From a virus (Duplodnaviria > Caudoviricetes), in the IMG/VR virus record IMGVR_UViG_3300030330_004628, positions 6,841 through 70,840 of that record: a stretch of DNA of 64,000 nucleotides, one strand, 5' to 3'. The notes under the pieces were generated by a model. The model worked only from the letters and a program-made list of their open reading frames with translations. It had not been told where the DNA came from and did no database searches. Below, piece after piece: positions 38,724 through 48,060 of the stretch (positions are counted from its first letter, which is position 1; each line of letters opens with the position of its first letter). Position numbers and translations under genes: made by a program.

Positions 38724-39382
38724 TACACATTAAGTAATCCATTTAAACTTTTAAGCGGAACTAACGTATTCCATACAGCAGCCGCTTTTTTCATTTCTAT
38801 TGGCGTAGGCATGTTGTCATTACCCCTAGCTTGAGCGCATAATCTTTGCCAATTTGTTTGCAAGTCTACATATATATTTCTAGCTAACTTACCATTATAA
38901 TAATCTCTTGCTTTGTATTTAAACATAAGATAAGCAGACACTGCATCTTCATGACCATCCGCTATAGTAGGAAACCCTTCGTCATCAGTATCTATTGAAT
39001 AGTAGGCTATATCTAAAGAAGATATATCATTATTAGATAAATTTATAGTATCTTCTGTTAAATAAAAAGAATTGCTTTTATCTGTGTCAGAAGGAAACGT
39101 TGCAGAACTTTGAGACAAATATGTAGAGTTAGAAGCATCACCCGACCTTTTTACATCTATTAAGCTTAAAAAATCATTAGGCATAGATGCTTGTTTATTA
39201 ACCACATTAATAGTTGCTGTTTTTTTTACAAACGTTTTATAAGAGCCTATTTTTCTTTCTGCATCAAATGCCCATTCTACAAAATGATAAAAGTTTCTAG
39301 ATGCATCTGTTATATCTAAATTTCTTATAACATTACCAACTACCCTTTTAACACTAACTCTTTTTCCAACCTGTCCATTCAT
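38723..39382 (-). CDS. Tail ring (tubular) protein
   Basis: SVKRVV...EWA..AE..IG...MPNDF...YYSIDTDDEGFP.I...W...CAQARG pattern of crAss-like ring proteins. Confidence 0.75.
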   Translation of the reverse strand: MNGQVGKRVSVKRVVGNVIRNLDITDASRNFYHFVEWAFDAERKIGSYKTFVKKTATINVVNKQASMPNDFLSLIDVKRSGDASNSTYLSQSSATFPSDTDKSNSFYLTEDTINLSNNDISSLDIAYYSIDTDDEGFPTIADGHEDAVSAYLMFKYKARDYYNGKLARNIYVDLQTNWQRLCAQARGNDNMPTPIEMKKAAAVWNTLVPLKSLNGLLNV

Positions 39383-39383
39383 A

Positions 39384-39809
39384 TTAATATTCTTTTATTT
39401 CCTTTATTACACTTTTAAACCTATACAAAGGTAACACTTTACATTTTTTAAACTTTTTAGGTCTAAGCCATACTAACTTATTATAATAATTATCTAGTAT
39501 AGGAACTTTATATTTAACAACTTCTCCACGTTTTTCACTTTCAGCAATATCTACCCTTATGTGAAAAGGTCTTTTGTTTTTACATTTTTTAACATAAATA
39601 GTTCCAAACCTAGATGGTAACTTAACCTTATCTCTCCCTACAGCAACATCTTCAATTAAAATATCAAAATAATTACTTACTATATTTCTATATTCTGTAT
39701 AACTTAACTGCCTATCTCTTTTATCTCCTTTTACTTTTATGTTTTTCTTTATATTGTTAAACACATCTTTTAAAAAAACGTATTTATCTTTAAAGTCTCT
39801 TATATTCAT
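39384..39809 (-). CDS. IHF/HU-like protein of the crAss-like tail cluster
   Basis: KVKLPSRFGTIYVKK DNABII-like arm; position among tail genes. Confidence 0.6.
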   Translation of the reverse strand: MNIRDFKDKYVFLKDVFNNIKKNIKVKGDKRDRQLSYTEYRNIVSNYFDILIEDVAVGRDKVKLPSRFGTIYVKKCKNKRPFHIRVDIAESEKRGEVVKYKVPILDNYYNKLVWLRPKKFKKCKVLPLYRFKSVIKEIKEY

Positions 39810-39811
39810 AT

Positions 39812-40513
39812 TTATCTTGTTCTACCTCTTCTAGACCTAGCATTTGCACTTGGTGATGCAGAAACTGGTGGAGAAGATGCATTTGCTCCTTTGTTGTCAA
39901 CGGAATCGTTTATAGTGTCTGTAGACACCCTTAAATACATTCCAAATTCTTTTGCCAAAACCGATTCTATTAATGAGCTAACTAGCTCCATTGGAATAGG
40001 ATACCTTCCTGATGATGAACCGCCCGCTAATAACGGGTCAGCAAAACAAGCTGTTATTACAGCCTGATACGTACTATCAGAAAAAATTTGACCATCATTT
40101 TCATAAAATCTTAAAGTTCCACCAGGAGTTATTGTGCAAAAAAATTGATGTTTATTAGGAGCAAATCTAGACGCTTCAAAAAAAGCTCTATCTGGCTCAC
40201 TAACTATTCCTACATGATGTTTTTTTGTAGGGCTAGTTGATTTTTGAATATATATTTGCTTAATAGCTCTATTATTAGCCCAACCTATAATTTCACTAAG
40301 TTGTTGAGTAGAACTACTTAATGTTTTAGTTACTTCTTGAAATATAACATCCGAAGTATATCTACCGCTATCTGTATATTTAGTTAAAAGATTAGCCCTA
40401 TGATAATGCACCATATGCTTTATTTGCCTTATAGATAAATTAGAATCCTCACCAGATATACCTCCCTCTACTAAGTTTTTAATATTATATGCTATCTTAT
40501 CTAATGTTATCAT
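39812..40513 (-). CDS. Tail ring/adaptor protein
   Basis: MITLDKIAYNI...DSNLSIRQIKHMVHYHRANLL...ACFADP...YPIPMELV. Confidence 0.7.
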   Translation of the reverse strand: MITLDKIAYNIKNLVEGGISGEDSNLSIRQIKHMVHYHRANLLTKYTDSGRYTSDVIFQEVTKTLSSSTQQLSEIIGWANNRAIKQIYIQKSTSPTKKHHVGIVSEPDRAFFEASRFAPNKHQFFCTITPGGTLRFYENDGQIFSDSTYQAVITACFADPLLAGGSSSGRYPIPMELVSSLIESVLAKEFGMYLRVSTDTINDSVDNKGANASSPPVSASPSANARSRRGRTR

Positions 40514-40525
40514 ATTTATAATTTT

Positions 40526-40562
40526 AAAAAGATAAGGGGCAGGGCGAACCTAACCCCTTATC
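40526..40562 (-). terminator. Intrinsic terminator
   Basis: Minus strand GATAAGGGG-(TTAGG TTCG CCCTG)-CCCCTTATC followed by TTTTT. Confidence 0.75.
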
Positions 40563-40580
40563 ACAAAGCAGGGAGCAAAA

Positions 40581-41354
40581 TTATTTTCCCTCTAATTGTT
40601 TAATTTCTGTGTCTCCAGTTGGATATCTTTCATCAGCAACTGTTCCCATTATTTTTCTAGCAGCAATTTGACAAACCTCTTCTCTTCCATGAACAGGAAG
40701 CCATGTTATATTATCAACACTATTATTATCAGACACATATGTAAAAATAACATAACTAGTTAAAGGTGCTGGTCTAATAATATAAAAATCATTTACTCTA
40801 ACAGCATGATAATCCATTGCTGTAGCGCTTGCTTGACGAAACGGGTCTGACTTAACAGACAAAGCATCATCTAGCTGCATAATTTTTACAGTACTTCCTA
40901 ATTGATTACTTCCATATATTTTAATTTCTACTAAGAATCCAAAATTTATAGAATCCGTATTTTCGTCAGCATCAGTGTCATTATCTTTAACAGAACATAT
41001 TACACCTAGTCCTTCACTAGCATATTCTGCGCCTGGGACTAGTAAAGGCATTAAACCAACTGGTATTAAATTACCTGTATCATCAAAATTTTTATATTGC
41101 CTTCTTATAACATCCTCTCCTGGTTCTTCATCTTCATTAGTTAATGCTGAAGAAAAAATTATACTCTTTACAAAAGAACCAAAGTCATCTCTAATTTTTT
41201 GATTAGCACCAAACATACCTACTCTTTCACGAATATATTCATTTATGGCCATTTCAATAAAGCCATTAATTTCAGTATCTGTTAACCAAGGAGAGTTAGC
41301 CCTATCTAAGATAAGCCTAACCCTTTCCCTAGCGCTTGCCGCATCTATTATCAT
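40581..41354 (-). CDS. Head-tail ring protein (portal-proximal)
   Basis: LDRANSPWLTDTEINGFIEMAINEYI...EEVCQIAARK pattern. Confidence 0.65.
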   Translation of the reverse strand: MIIDAASARERVRLILDRANSPWLTDTEINGFIEMAINEYIRERVGMFGANQKIRDDFGSFVKSIIFSSALTNEDEEPGEDVIRRQYKNFDDTGNLIPVGLMPLLVPGAEYASEGLGVICSVKDNDTDADENTDSINFGFLVEIKIYGSNQLGSTVKIMQLDDALSVKSDPFRQASATAMDYHAVRVNDFYIIRPAPLTSYVIFTYVSDNNSVDNITWLPVHGREEVCQIAARKIMGTVADERYPTGDTEIKQLEGK

Positions 41355-41360
41355 TTGCTA

Positions 41361-42068
41361 CTATTTTTTTGTTTTCTTCTTAGTAGCTTCCTGCTTTTGT
41401 TCAACCAAATCCATTTCAACTTTACCATTACCATTTAACTGGCTTTTAAGTAAAGCAAAAATATCTTTATTATCTTTTAACCACTTAATACATTGGTCTT
41501 CAGATATTCCAATTGTTTGCGTCCCATATTTAAATACATCTTTTTCCCATTTGATGATTTGAGCTTGTTGAGCTTCTAATAAGAATACTCTATAATGCTT
41601 GTCTTCATCAAACCACATTGTCATAAAGTAATCTGGATTTTCAGCAGCTATTTTAAGAACGTGTGCTTTTAAGATATCATCTCTAGAATCTAAATTTAAT
41701 CCTATTAAACGAGCTAATTCTCTTACTTCAGCCATATTTAATTTAGCAGCCTCCATAACAGCATTAGCAGATGTCATAATTGCACTTGCTTCTTGCTCTT
41801 GTCTTTCAATAGAATCTTCTCTTATCCAAGAACCATTTGCTACTAATGGATGTCCTTTTAAAAACTCATCAGCTAGCTTGTGGTGTTCTTGCATAATATC
41901 TAATCTAATTACAGGATTAGTGTTAGGAAAACCTCTATGTGCTACACCATTTACATCTGTATATGTGTGCATCTTACCAGTTTTATCTTTATAGTTTCCA
42001 AAGAATACATAACTCATTCTTTGAGGACTTTTACTTCTGTAATAGACCATGTGTTTATTTTTGCTCAT
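41361..42068 (-). CDS. Conserved crAss-like capsid-cluster protein
   Basis: IAAENPDYF....D......F...A....II......F.YG...IG pattern; location downstream of the MCP gene. Confidence 0.55.
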   Translation of the reverse strand: MSKNKHMVYYRSKSPQRMSYVFFGNYKDKTGKMHTYTDVNGVAHRGFPNTNPVIRLDIMQEHHKLADEFLKGHPLVANGSWIREDSIERQEQEASAIMTSANAVMEAAKLNMAEVRELARLIGLNLDSRDDILKAHVLKIAAENPDYFMTMWFDEDKHYRVFLLEAQQAQIIKWEKDVFKYGTQTIGISEDQCIKWLKDNKDIFALLKSQLNGNGKVEMDLVEQKQEATKKKTKK

Positions 42069-42074
42069 AACTTA

Positions 42075-42224
42075 TTATTTTAATTTTTGCCCATGTTTGC
42101 TAGTCCATTTCAAACCTGGCCCGCTTTGTTTAATTAACAGATTACACCCCTCTTTACGAGTGGACTCTGAGTGTTCTTCTACTTTCCCAGTATTTGGGTT
42201 ATATTTTAATATTGTCCTTGCCAT
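42075..42224 (-). CDS. 49-aa hypothetical protein (not in ORF track)
   Basis: Manual translation MARTILKYNPNTGKVEEHSESTRKEGCNLLIKQSGPGLKWTSKHGQKLK; fills the intergenic gap on the operon strand with an A/T-rich start context. Confidence 0.55.
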   Translation of the reverse strand: MARTILKYNPNTGKVEEHSESTRKEGCNLLIKQSGPGLKWTSKHGQKLK

Positions 42225-42239
42225 AATAATAATACCCAC

Positions 42240-42255
42240 CCCCTCCGAAGAGGGG
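42240..42255 (-). other. C(UUCG)G extra-stable hairpin (mRNA stabiliser/processing or weak terminator)
   Basis: Minus strand CCCCTC-TTCG-GAGGGG; no U-tract. Confidence 0.55.
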
Positions 42256-42273
42256 ATAAGTATAAATTATATA

Positions 42274-42735
42274 CTAGTTATCAAATGTGATAGCAGCATA
42301 ATTTTGTGCAAAAGCTTTTACATACCAGCTTGTTCCATCACAAACCAATTCTACTCTATCTCCTTTTAAAGAAGCAGAAGCAAATTGAATTTTAGTATTA
42401 GAAGAAGCGGCAACATCACCATCAGTAGCAGCATTTTCACCCTGAGTAGAACCATATATAGCTCCAACAAAATCTTCAGCGGCATCACCTTGAACTATAG
42501 TTGACGCAGCTGTATCATAGTCAGCAGTCAATATAACAACAAAATTTAAACCCACTGCAGCTCTTGGCAGGGTAACATCTACACCATTAGCGCCTAGTAA
42601 AATAACTTTACCAGAATCCGTGTCTTCCAAAGTAGTATCAGCCGAAACTGTTTTAGTTTGGATGAACGAACCATTTAAGCTTTTTAAGACATCATCTGAA
42701 TCAGCTGAACGTCTTACTGTAAATACATCTTTCAT
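42274..42735 (-). CDS. Capsid decoration/head-fibre-like protein
   Basis: TL..TDSGKVILL.....VTLP.A..GLNF.V....GDRVELVCDGTSWYV pattern; lies just downstream of the MCP gene. Confidence 0.55.
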   Translation of the reverse strand: MKDVFTVRRSADSDDVLKSLNGSFIQTKTVSADTTLEDTDSGKVILLGANGVDVTLPRAAVGLNFVVILTADYDTAASTIVQGDAAEDFVGAIYGSTQGENAATDGDVAASSNTKIQFASASLKGDRVELVCDGTSWYVKAFAQNYAAITFDN

Positions 42736-42786
42736 TTTTAAATAATTTTTAAAGTTAACACTTAGTTTCCTATTTTTAAATGATTA

Positions 42787-42809
42787 GAGGGAGGTTAACT
42801 TTCTCCCTC
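42787..42809 (-). terminator. Intergenic hairpin (possible terminator/attenuator)
   Basis: GAGGGAG / CTCCCTC 7-bp stem; weak U-tract. Confidence 0.4.
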
Positions 42810-42823
42810 GTCACATTGATTTA

Positions 42824-43129
42824 TTAATGAGCAATAGCTCCAACAGTAACTATATTAGAAAGACCTTCACCTGTAATGTCATCTTTAATAGTTAATACTT
42901 TAGCGTTTATTCCTGCAATAGAATTAACCACTTCAAGTAAAGCAGTTTTTTCTTGAGCATCTGTAGCAGAGCTTGCAAGGTTTAAAGCTATAGAACCAGC
43001 ACCATTATCATTTTTTGAGAACTCTATTAGTAATGTGTCATCTGCACTCATAGAAACACTTGTTATTCTTTCCACGTTTACACATATCGCATCATAAGTA
43101 GCAGTTCTCGCATATATAAATTTTGCCAT
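42824..43129 (-). CDS. Small virion protein, KFIY family
   Basis: MAKFIYART...; related to ORFs at 51845-53548. Confidence 0.55.
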   Translation of the reverse strand: MAKFIYARTATYDAICVNVERITSVSMSADDTLLIEFSKNDNGAGSIALNLASSATDAQEKTALLEVVNSIAGINAKVLTIKDDITGEGLSNIVTVGAIAH

Positions 43130-43151
43130 TTTATTTATTTTTAAAAGTTAA

Positions 43152-43173
43152 ATGGGGCAGTTGCCCACCCCAT
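43152..43173 (-). terminator. Hairpin after major capsid gene
   Basis: Minus strand ATGGGG-TGGGCAACTG-CCCCAT followed by TTAACTTTT. Confidence 0.6.
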
Positions 43174-43184
43174 CATAAATTAGT

Positions 43185-44600
43185 TTACGCATTTGAAAGA
43201 ATACCACAAGATAATGGATTTCTAAGAATAATACCAGATTCAGAAAGAATTTGACATTCAAAGAAATCATCACCATTAGCAGCCATCATCGAGTTATAGT
43301 CATAAGGGTTAACCATACCAGGTACATATTTCTTAACAAAACTTCTGTTAAAACCTTCAGCACCTTTAGCAATTAACTCTACATTACTAACACCATTTTG
43401 CATTCCCATATCTACAAATACCATTTTACCTGATTCATTTGAAGAATCAAATGTAGATGAAATAGAATTGTGTAGATTGCTGTCATCAAATACTGGGCAG
43501 TAAGATAGAATCATTTTATTACCAAGAACATTGTACTCGCTAAAGTTAGCTCCTAATGATACATCAGCACCACCTTTACCAGCAAATACAGAAGCAGCAC
43601 CAGCGCCTTGAGAAACTAATAAGTCTTTCATTGCTCTGTGGAAGTCAATTCTTCCTTGTGTTCCTGTAAATACTGTAAATACGTTACCTTCTGCATTTAA
43701 AGCATTTTTAGAAAGTGTTCCTATAAAGTTAACTATATCTTCTTCAGTTAACGCACCAGCTGTATATGTAGCTTGATTAGAACCATCGATTTGTGCTAGT
43801 AAGCCGTCTCCCATAATTGGAACACCTGAAACAAACTCTCCTGTGTCTAATCCTGTATCTCCAGGGTAACTAGCAGAGGTCATAGTGCTTGACTTTTTAC
43901 CATACCATCTTTGTAATTCTAACTCATACATAAACTGGTCAGTCATTTGTTGTTCTTTTGTGAAATACCATAATCGGTGTCCATTAGATTCAATCCAAGT
44001 AACATCAGTTAAATCAGTTCCCATAATTTTAGTTTTTTTACGAGATAGAGTTAACCAGTTCTTGTAAGTATCTGGATAAGAATAGTTTTGTCCTACCTCA
44101 GACGCTAACGAACCTTGGTTAAACGCATTACCAATACATCCAATGATATCACCTACAGCAGCAGTTTCATTAATTGCATCAATAGCTCTAAACGTAACAA
44201 CATTAGATGTTCCAGAAGCTGTAGGAACATCAGTTACTATAGCAGTGTTACCAGAAGGCATTCTTACTACATCATTTACATTTAAGTTATCACCATGGTC
44301 ACCAGAACCGTGCTTAAGAGTTACTGTAAAAGTTGCACCTGCAGCAACGTTTGGAGTTGCTTCTGTGTGAACTACAGCTGGTTTTCTGTAACGACCTTGC
44401 ATTTTCCATTCAAATGCATAATCACCGATTACTTTTTCTGCAGCATTTCTACCTGCAGCTTCTAACAAATATGTTAGAGAGAAACGTGGATATTGAGAGA
44501 TAATTTTCTTACCTATCTCTGGGTATTTTAGTAAGTTGGTTACCAACGCCGTTTCATCCGTTGTGTCCTTTCCATACGTACCCGTATAAACTTTTGCCAT
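43185..44600 (-). CDS. Major capsid protein (crAss-like HK97 fold)
   Basis: 471 aa; follows portal and scaffold; KNWLTLSRKK...ELELQRWYGK...GDGLLAQI...SESGIILRNP. Confidence 0.85.
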   Translation of the reverse strand: MAKVYTGTYGKDTTDETALVTNLLKYPEIGKKIISQYPRFSLTYLLEAAGRNAAEKVIGDYAFEWKMQGRYRKPAVVHTEATPNVAAGATFTVTLKHGSGDHGDNLNVNDVVRMPSGNTAIVTDVPTASGTSNVVTFRAIDAINETAAVGDIIGCIGNAFNQGSLASEVGQNYSYPDTYKNWLTLSRKKTKIMGTDLTDVTWIESNGHRLWYFTKEQQMTDQFMYELELQRWYGKKSSTMTSASYPGDTGLDTGEFVSGVPIMGDGLLAQIDGSNQATYTAGALTEEDIVNFIGTLSKNALNAEGNVFTVFTGTQGRIDFHRAMKDLLVSQGAGAASVFAGKGGADVSLGANFSEYNVLGNKMILSYCPVFDDSNLHNSISSTFDSSNESGKMVFVDMGMQNGVSNVELIAKGAEGFNRSFVKKYVPGMVNPYDYNSMMAANGDDFFECQILSESGIILRNPLSCGILSNA

Positions 44601-44674
44601 TTTTAAATAATTTTAAATTGTTATAAATAAATTAATACACAATAACAAATAAAATAGCGTTGCCTTCTTATTTA

Positions 44675-45703
44675 TTACTTCATAAACTCAACAGGGTCAA
44701 AACCACTTTTTTGTTTGGTTTCAACATGCTGAGACTTTCGTCCTAGGTTTGGATTAGTAATCTTATTGATTACAGCGGCTTTACCCTTCTCCATTCCTTG
44801 GCCACGTAACATCTTGAAGATTTTATCTTTATATTTCCATAGGAACGCAGCATCCGCAACATTGGCATGATTACTATACAGTTCTTCAGAAAATTCTCCT
44901 GATGTTATATAATTATATAATTCCTTTTTTTCAGCCTTTTTAATTTTACCTCCAAAGAAATCATTTTTTTCTTTAATATATGTTTGTAAAGCTTTTCTAT
45001 TTTCTAGATTAGCTTTTTCTTTTTGAGCTACACGTTCTTTTTCAATCTTTCTCAATCTGTCTCTTTCATTTGCAATATAGTTTTGCAAATTCTTTCTAAG
45101 AACTAATGCTTCTCTTTTTAAAAGTCCAGAATCCTGCATTCTATCTACAGTATCCTTAATCTCTTCTTTTTCCAAGCCAGAAGCCTCCAAATCTGCCTCC
45201 ACTAATCCTCTATCTCCTAGTTTAAGAAAATCCTGCAGTTGTGTTATAGTGTCATTTGCAGGAACAGGATTGTCAAGCATTTTTTTAATTTCTGCCTTAA
45301 AGCTTTTTTCATCAGTTGCTTTTACACCCATTTCGCTAGCTAAAGTTTCCCAATCATATGGGGCCTCCTTAACCTCTTCTTCTTTTTTATCTTCCGCTTC
45401 TTCTTTTTTAGCTTCAGGTTCAGCGTCCCAATCTTCTTCTTCCTCTTGCTGTTCTTCTTCCTTTGACTCAGTTTCTACCGAATCCCAAGTGAAGTCATCA
45501 TCATTAGTTTCTTCTGATTCTTCAGCGCTTTCCGCCTCAACTGTTTCTTCTTGCTTTTCTTCTGTTTTAGTTTCAGAAACTTCTTCTAGTGAAGCAAATG
45601 CTTTAGGGTCAAACCCTGGTTCTTTTGTTTCTTCAGTTGTTTCTGCCACCCCTTGCTCAACCTTTTCTATAAGGTCTTCGCCTGTTTTGTTATTTTCTGC
45701 CAT
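44675..45703 (-). CDS. Scaffolding-like protein
   Basis: Very acidic disordered N-half and helical C-half; lies between portal and MCP genes. Confidence 0.65.
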   Translation of the reverse strand: MAENNKTGEDLIEKVEQGVAETTEETKEPGFDPKAFASLEEVSETKTEEKQEETVEAESAEESEETNDDDFTWDSVETESKEEEQQEEEEDWDAEPEAKKEEAEDKKEEEVKEAPYDWETLASEMGVKATDEKSFKAEIKKMLDNPVPANDTITQLQDFLKLGDRGLVEADLEASGLEKEEIKDTVDRMQDSGLLKREALVLRKNLQNYIANERDRLRKIEKERVAQKEKANLENRKALQTYIKEKNDFFGGKIKKAEKKELYNYITSGEFSEELYSNHANVADAAFLWKYKDKIFKMLRGQGMEKGKAAVINKITNPNLGRKSQHVETKQKSGFDPVEFMK

Positions 45704-45733
45704 AATTTTTAATTTTTGCTCTTTACTTTGTTA

Positions 45734-45741
45734 CAAAGATA
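45734..45741 (-). promoter_or_regulatory. Bacteroidota -7 element TATCTTTG for the scaffold/capsid operon
   Basis: Exact TAnnTTTG match 30 nt upstream of the scaffold ATG. Confidence 0.7.
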
Positions 45742-45745
45742 GTTA

Positions 45746-48058
45746 TTATTTTTTTACTTGTTTTTTAGCTGATTCCTTAGCTCTAAATTCTTTTTTTCTT
45801 TCCTCTCTATCCTTCTTGTCTTTCTCCTTATCATGTTGTATTTTTTTATCTTCTATCTCATTTTTATAATCAGACTGAACAGCCTCTTTATCTAAAGCAG
45901 ACTTTAATTTATCGCTAGTTATATCAGCTTCTAAATCAGCTTGTATTTCAGCGACAGCAATCTTACCTTTATTAAGAGTTTCTGCAGTTTTAATCTTACC
46001 TTCAACATCCATTTGCTTAATCTGTGACTCATGCTCTCTTTGTGCTTGAGCTTCTTGAGCAACAGCTTGTTGTTGTTGAGCCTGTGCTTGTTGAGCAGCT
46101 TGAGTTTGTTGTTGCATTTCTTTTAGTCCATTTTCAAGAACATGTTCAGCTTCAGTGAGAGTATCTGCTTTAAGGACTTTAATAACATCTAACAAGCCAA
46201 TACTTCCACTTTGTAATGCAGATTGTGCTAGTTGAGTGATAGACTGCTTAATAGCATCTTCTTTGCCACCTTCAGTGATATATATACCATAATCATTTAA
46301 AGCAACATCAGGTAACACGCTAAGCATTTTAAATCCACCATCTCCTAATATGTATCCAGCTTTTTTTCCTTCCGCCCAAGCAATCTTCATTAAATTGCAA
46401 ACTTTTTCTATAGCTCTTTTTTTAACTTCAGAATGTTGATAAAACCAACCTTCAGTTACTAAGTTAGACTGTAAAACTGTTCTTTGAACATTTCCTACAG
46501 CCTCATATTGAGAAACAGCACCTTCTCTTTGTGGAGATATTCCGCACACTTGTCCAGCTGTTTGCTCTAGCATTAATTTAAGATTCATTAGTTGCTGAAC
46601 AGAATTAGATAATGTAAAATCAACTTGTTGAAATTGATTAAATCTAGCAGTATCTACACCACCCTCATCTCTTGAATTAATAGGTATAATACCATCATTT
46701 TTAATATGATATAATACAGTTTGCATATCCATACCTATATTAGAAGGCATTTGAGAAACATCATAAACAACAGCTTTTCCTCCAGCTCTAGATAATGTTA
46801 ATTCAATATGATACATGACCACATTATATAACATTTGAATATGCTTAAGAACATCTACCAAACTAGTAACTCTTCCTGAAGATAGATTATGAACACAACC
46901 TGTATAAGAAAGTGGTGTAGGTCCAGCATCGTCTACAGACCTAACCTGATTTGGTCTTCGTCTGCAGTTTACTAAAATTTGTCCTCCTATTTTTGTTGCC
47001 TCCCATATATCATCTACATGTTTAGTTTCAATAACCTCCCCCTTTCTTGCTTTGTATGTGTCTTTTACCATTTTTCTAAATGGATTAGATTCATCGTGTT
47101 TATTTGGAGAAACTTTAACTTTTATAGCTCGAATAGATTTCCATTCACCATGAATAAGCCTAACCTTAACTCCAGTTGAAGAATCATATTGTATCCAATC
47201 TAAATTAGAATTATAATGAGCAAGTTCATCTCCAGAAGAAATGTGTCGCATTTTTTCAAGCTCTATGACATCTTCTTTTGTAAGCTCATCTCCATATTCG
47301 TCTAGTATTTGATTAATCCCAAGCCACCTTTGTTCTACCACCCATTGAGCATTATCTAAATAATCACTTTCAATAGAAACATCAAATGCAATATTTCTTG
47401 GGTCTATTTTTCTTATAGTGGGGTCTCCATTTACAATCTCCGTTTTATAAAAAACTTTTCCAGTTACAAGAAGGTCTCTAAAACCATTTCTAAATAAATC
47501 CTTCCAACGATATCTTTCTTTAAGATAATGAAGCCCGTCTTCTACAGTTTCTTCTATAGCCTCCTTATAAGTGTATCTCATAAAAGTTTCTATATCGTCT
47601 GGTATTTCCATCCCCATAGTGTTTTCTGCTATAGGCATGCCCATTGTGTCATTTACTTCCTGTTTAACACTTGCTAAAATAGATTCTGCTACTAATCCCA
47701 CTTTTACATCTTCTTTTCTTTGAACAGCAGATTTATTAACAGAGCTCACTTGAGTTTCTAGTGGTCTTCTTAATTCCTCACTAGTAAGAAGGTCTATTTT
47801 GGGAGCAATAATATTAAAGTTTGTCATACGAGCTGGAAAAGGTGTTCCGTATTGGTCGGTAACATGCTCGTAATCTTTTGGGTCAAAATGTCCGTGATAT
47901 GCTTGATAATTTCTTATATCTTTATATCTATCATTAACGTACAAGCTATTATTGTGTTGAGCAATATATGGAGCCATTGCGTCTAAATTTTGCTCACACC
48001 AATCCTTAGTTTTTTCTTTATCACTAAGAAGCTGTCTTGGAAAACTCGTATACGACAT
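45746..48058 (-). CDS. Portal protein
   Basis: 770 aa directly after TerL; FPRQLL..KEKT..W, NFNIIAPKIDLL..E, and a coiled-coil C-terminal barrel. Confidence 0.85.
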   Translation of the reverse strand: MSYTSFPRQLLSDKEKTKDWCEQNLDAMAPYIAQHNNSLYVNDRYKDIRNYQAYHGHFDPKDYEHVTDQYGTPFPARMTNFNIIAPKIDLLTSEELRRPLETQVSSVNKSAVQRKEDVKVGLVAESILASVKQEVNDTMGMPIAENTMGMEIPDDIETFMRYTYKEAIEETVEDGLHYLKERYRWKDLFRNGFRDLLVTGKVFYKTEIVNGDPTIRKIDPRNIAFDVSIESDYLDNAQWVVEQRWLGINQILDEYGDELTKEDVIELEKMRHISSGDELAHYNSNLDWIQYDSSTGVKVRLIHGEWKSIRAIKVKVSPNKHDESNPFRKMVKDTYKARKGEVIETKHVDDIWEATKIGGQILVNCRRRPNQVRSVDDAGPTPLSYTGCVHNLSSGRVTSLVDVLKHIQMLYNVVMYHIELTLSRAGGKAVVYDVSQMPSNIGMDMQTVLYHIKNDGIIPINSRDEGGVDTARFNQFQQVDFTLSNSVQQLMNLKLMLEQTAGQVCGISPQREGAVSQYEAVGNVQRTVLQSNLVTEGWFYQHSEVKKRAIEKVCNLMKIAWAEGKKAGYILGDGGFKMLSVLPDVALNDYGIYITEGGKEDAIKQSITQLAQSALQSGSIGLLDVIKVLKADTLTEAEHVLENGLKEMQQQTQAAQQAQAQQQQAVAQEAQAQREHESQIKQMDVEGKIKTAETLNKGKIAVAEIQADLEADITSDKLKSALDKEAVQSDYKNEIEDKKIQHDKEKDKKDREERKKEFRAKESAKKQVKK

Positions 48059-48060
48059 AA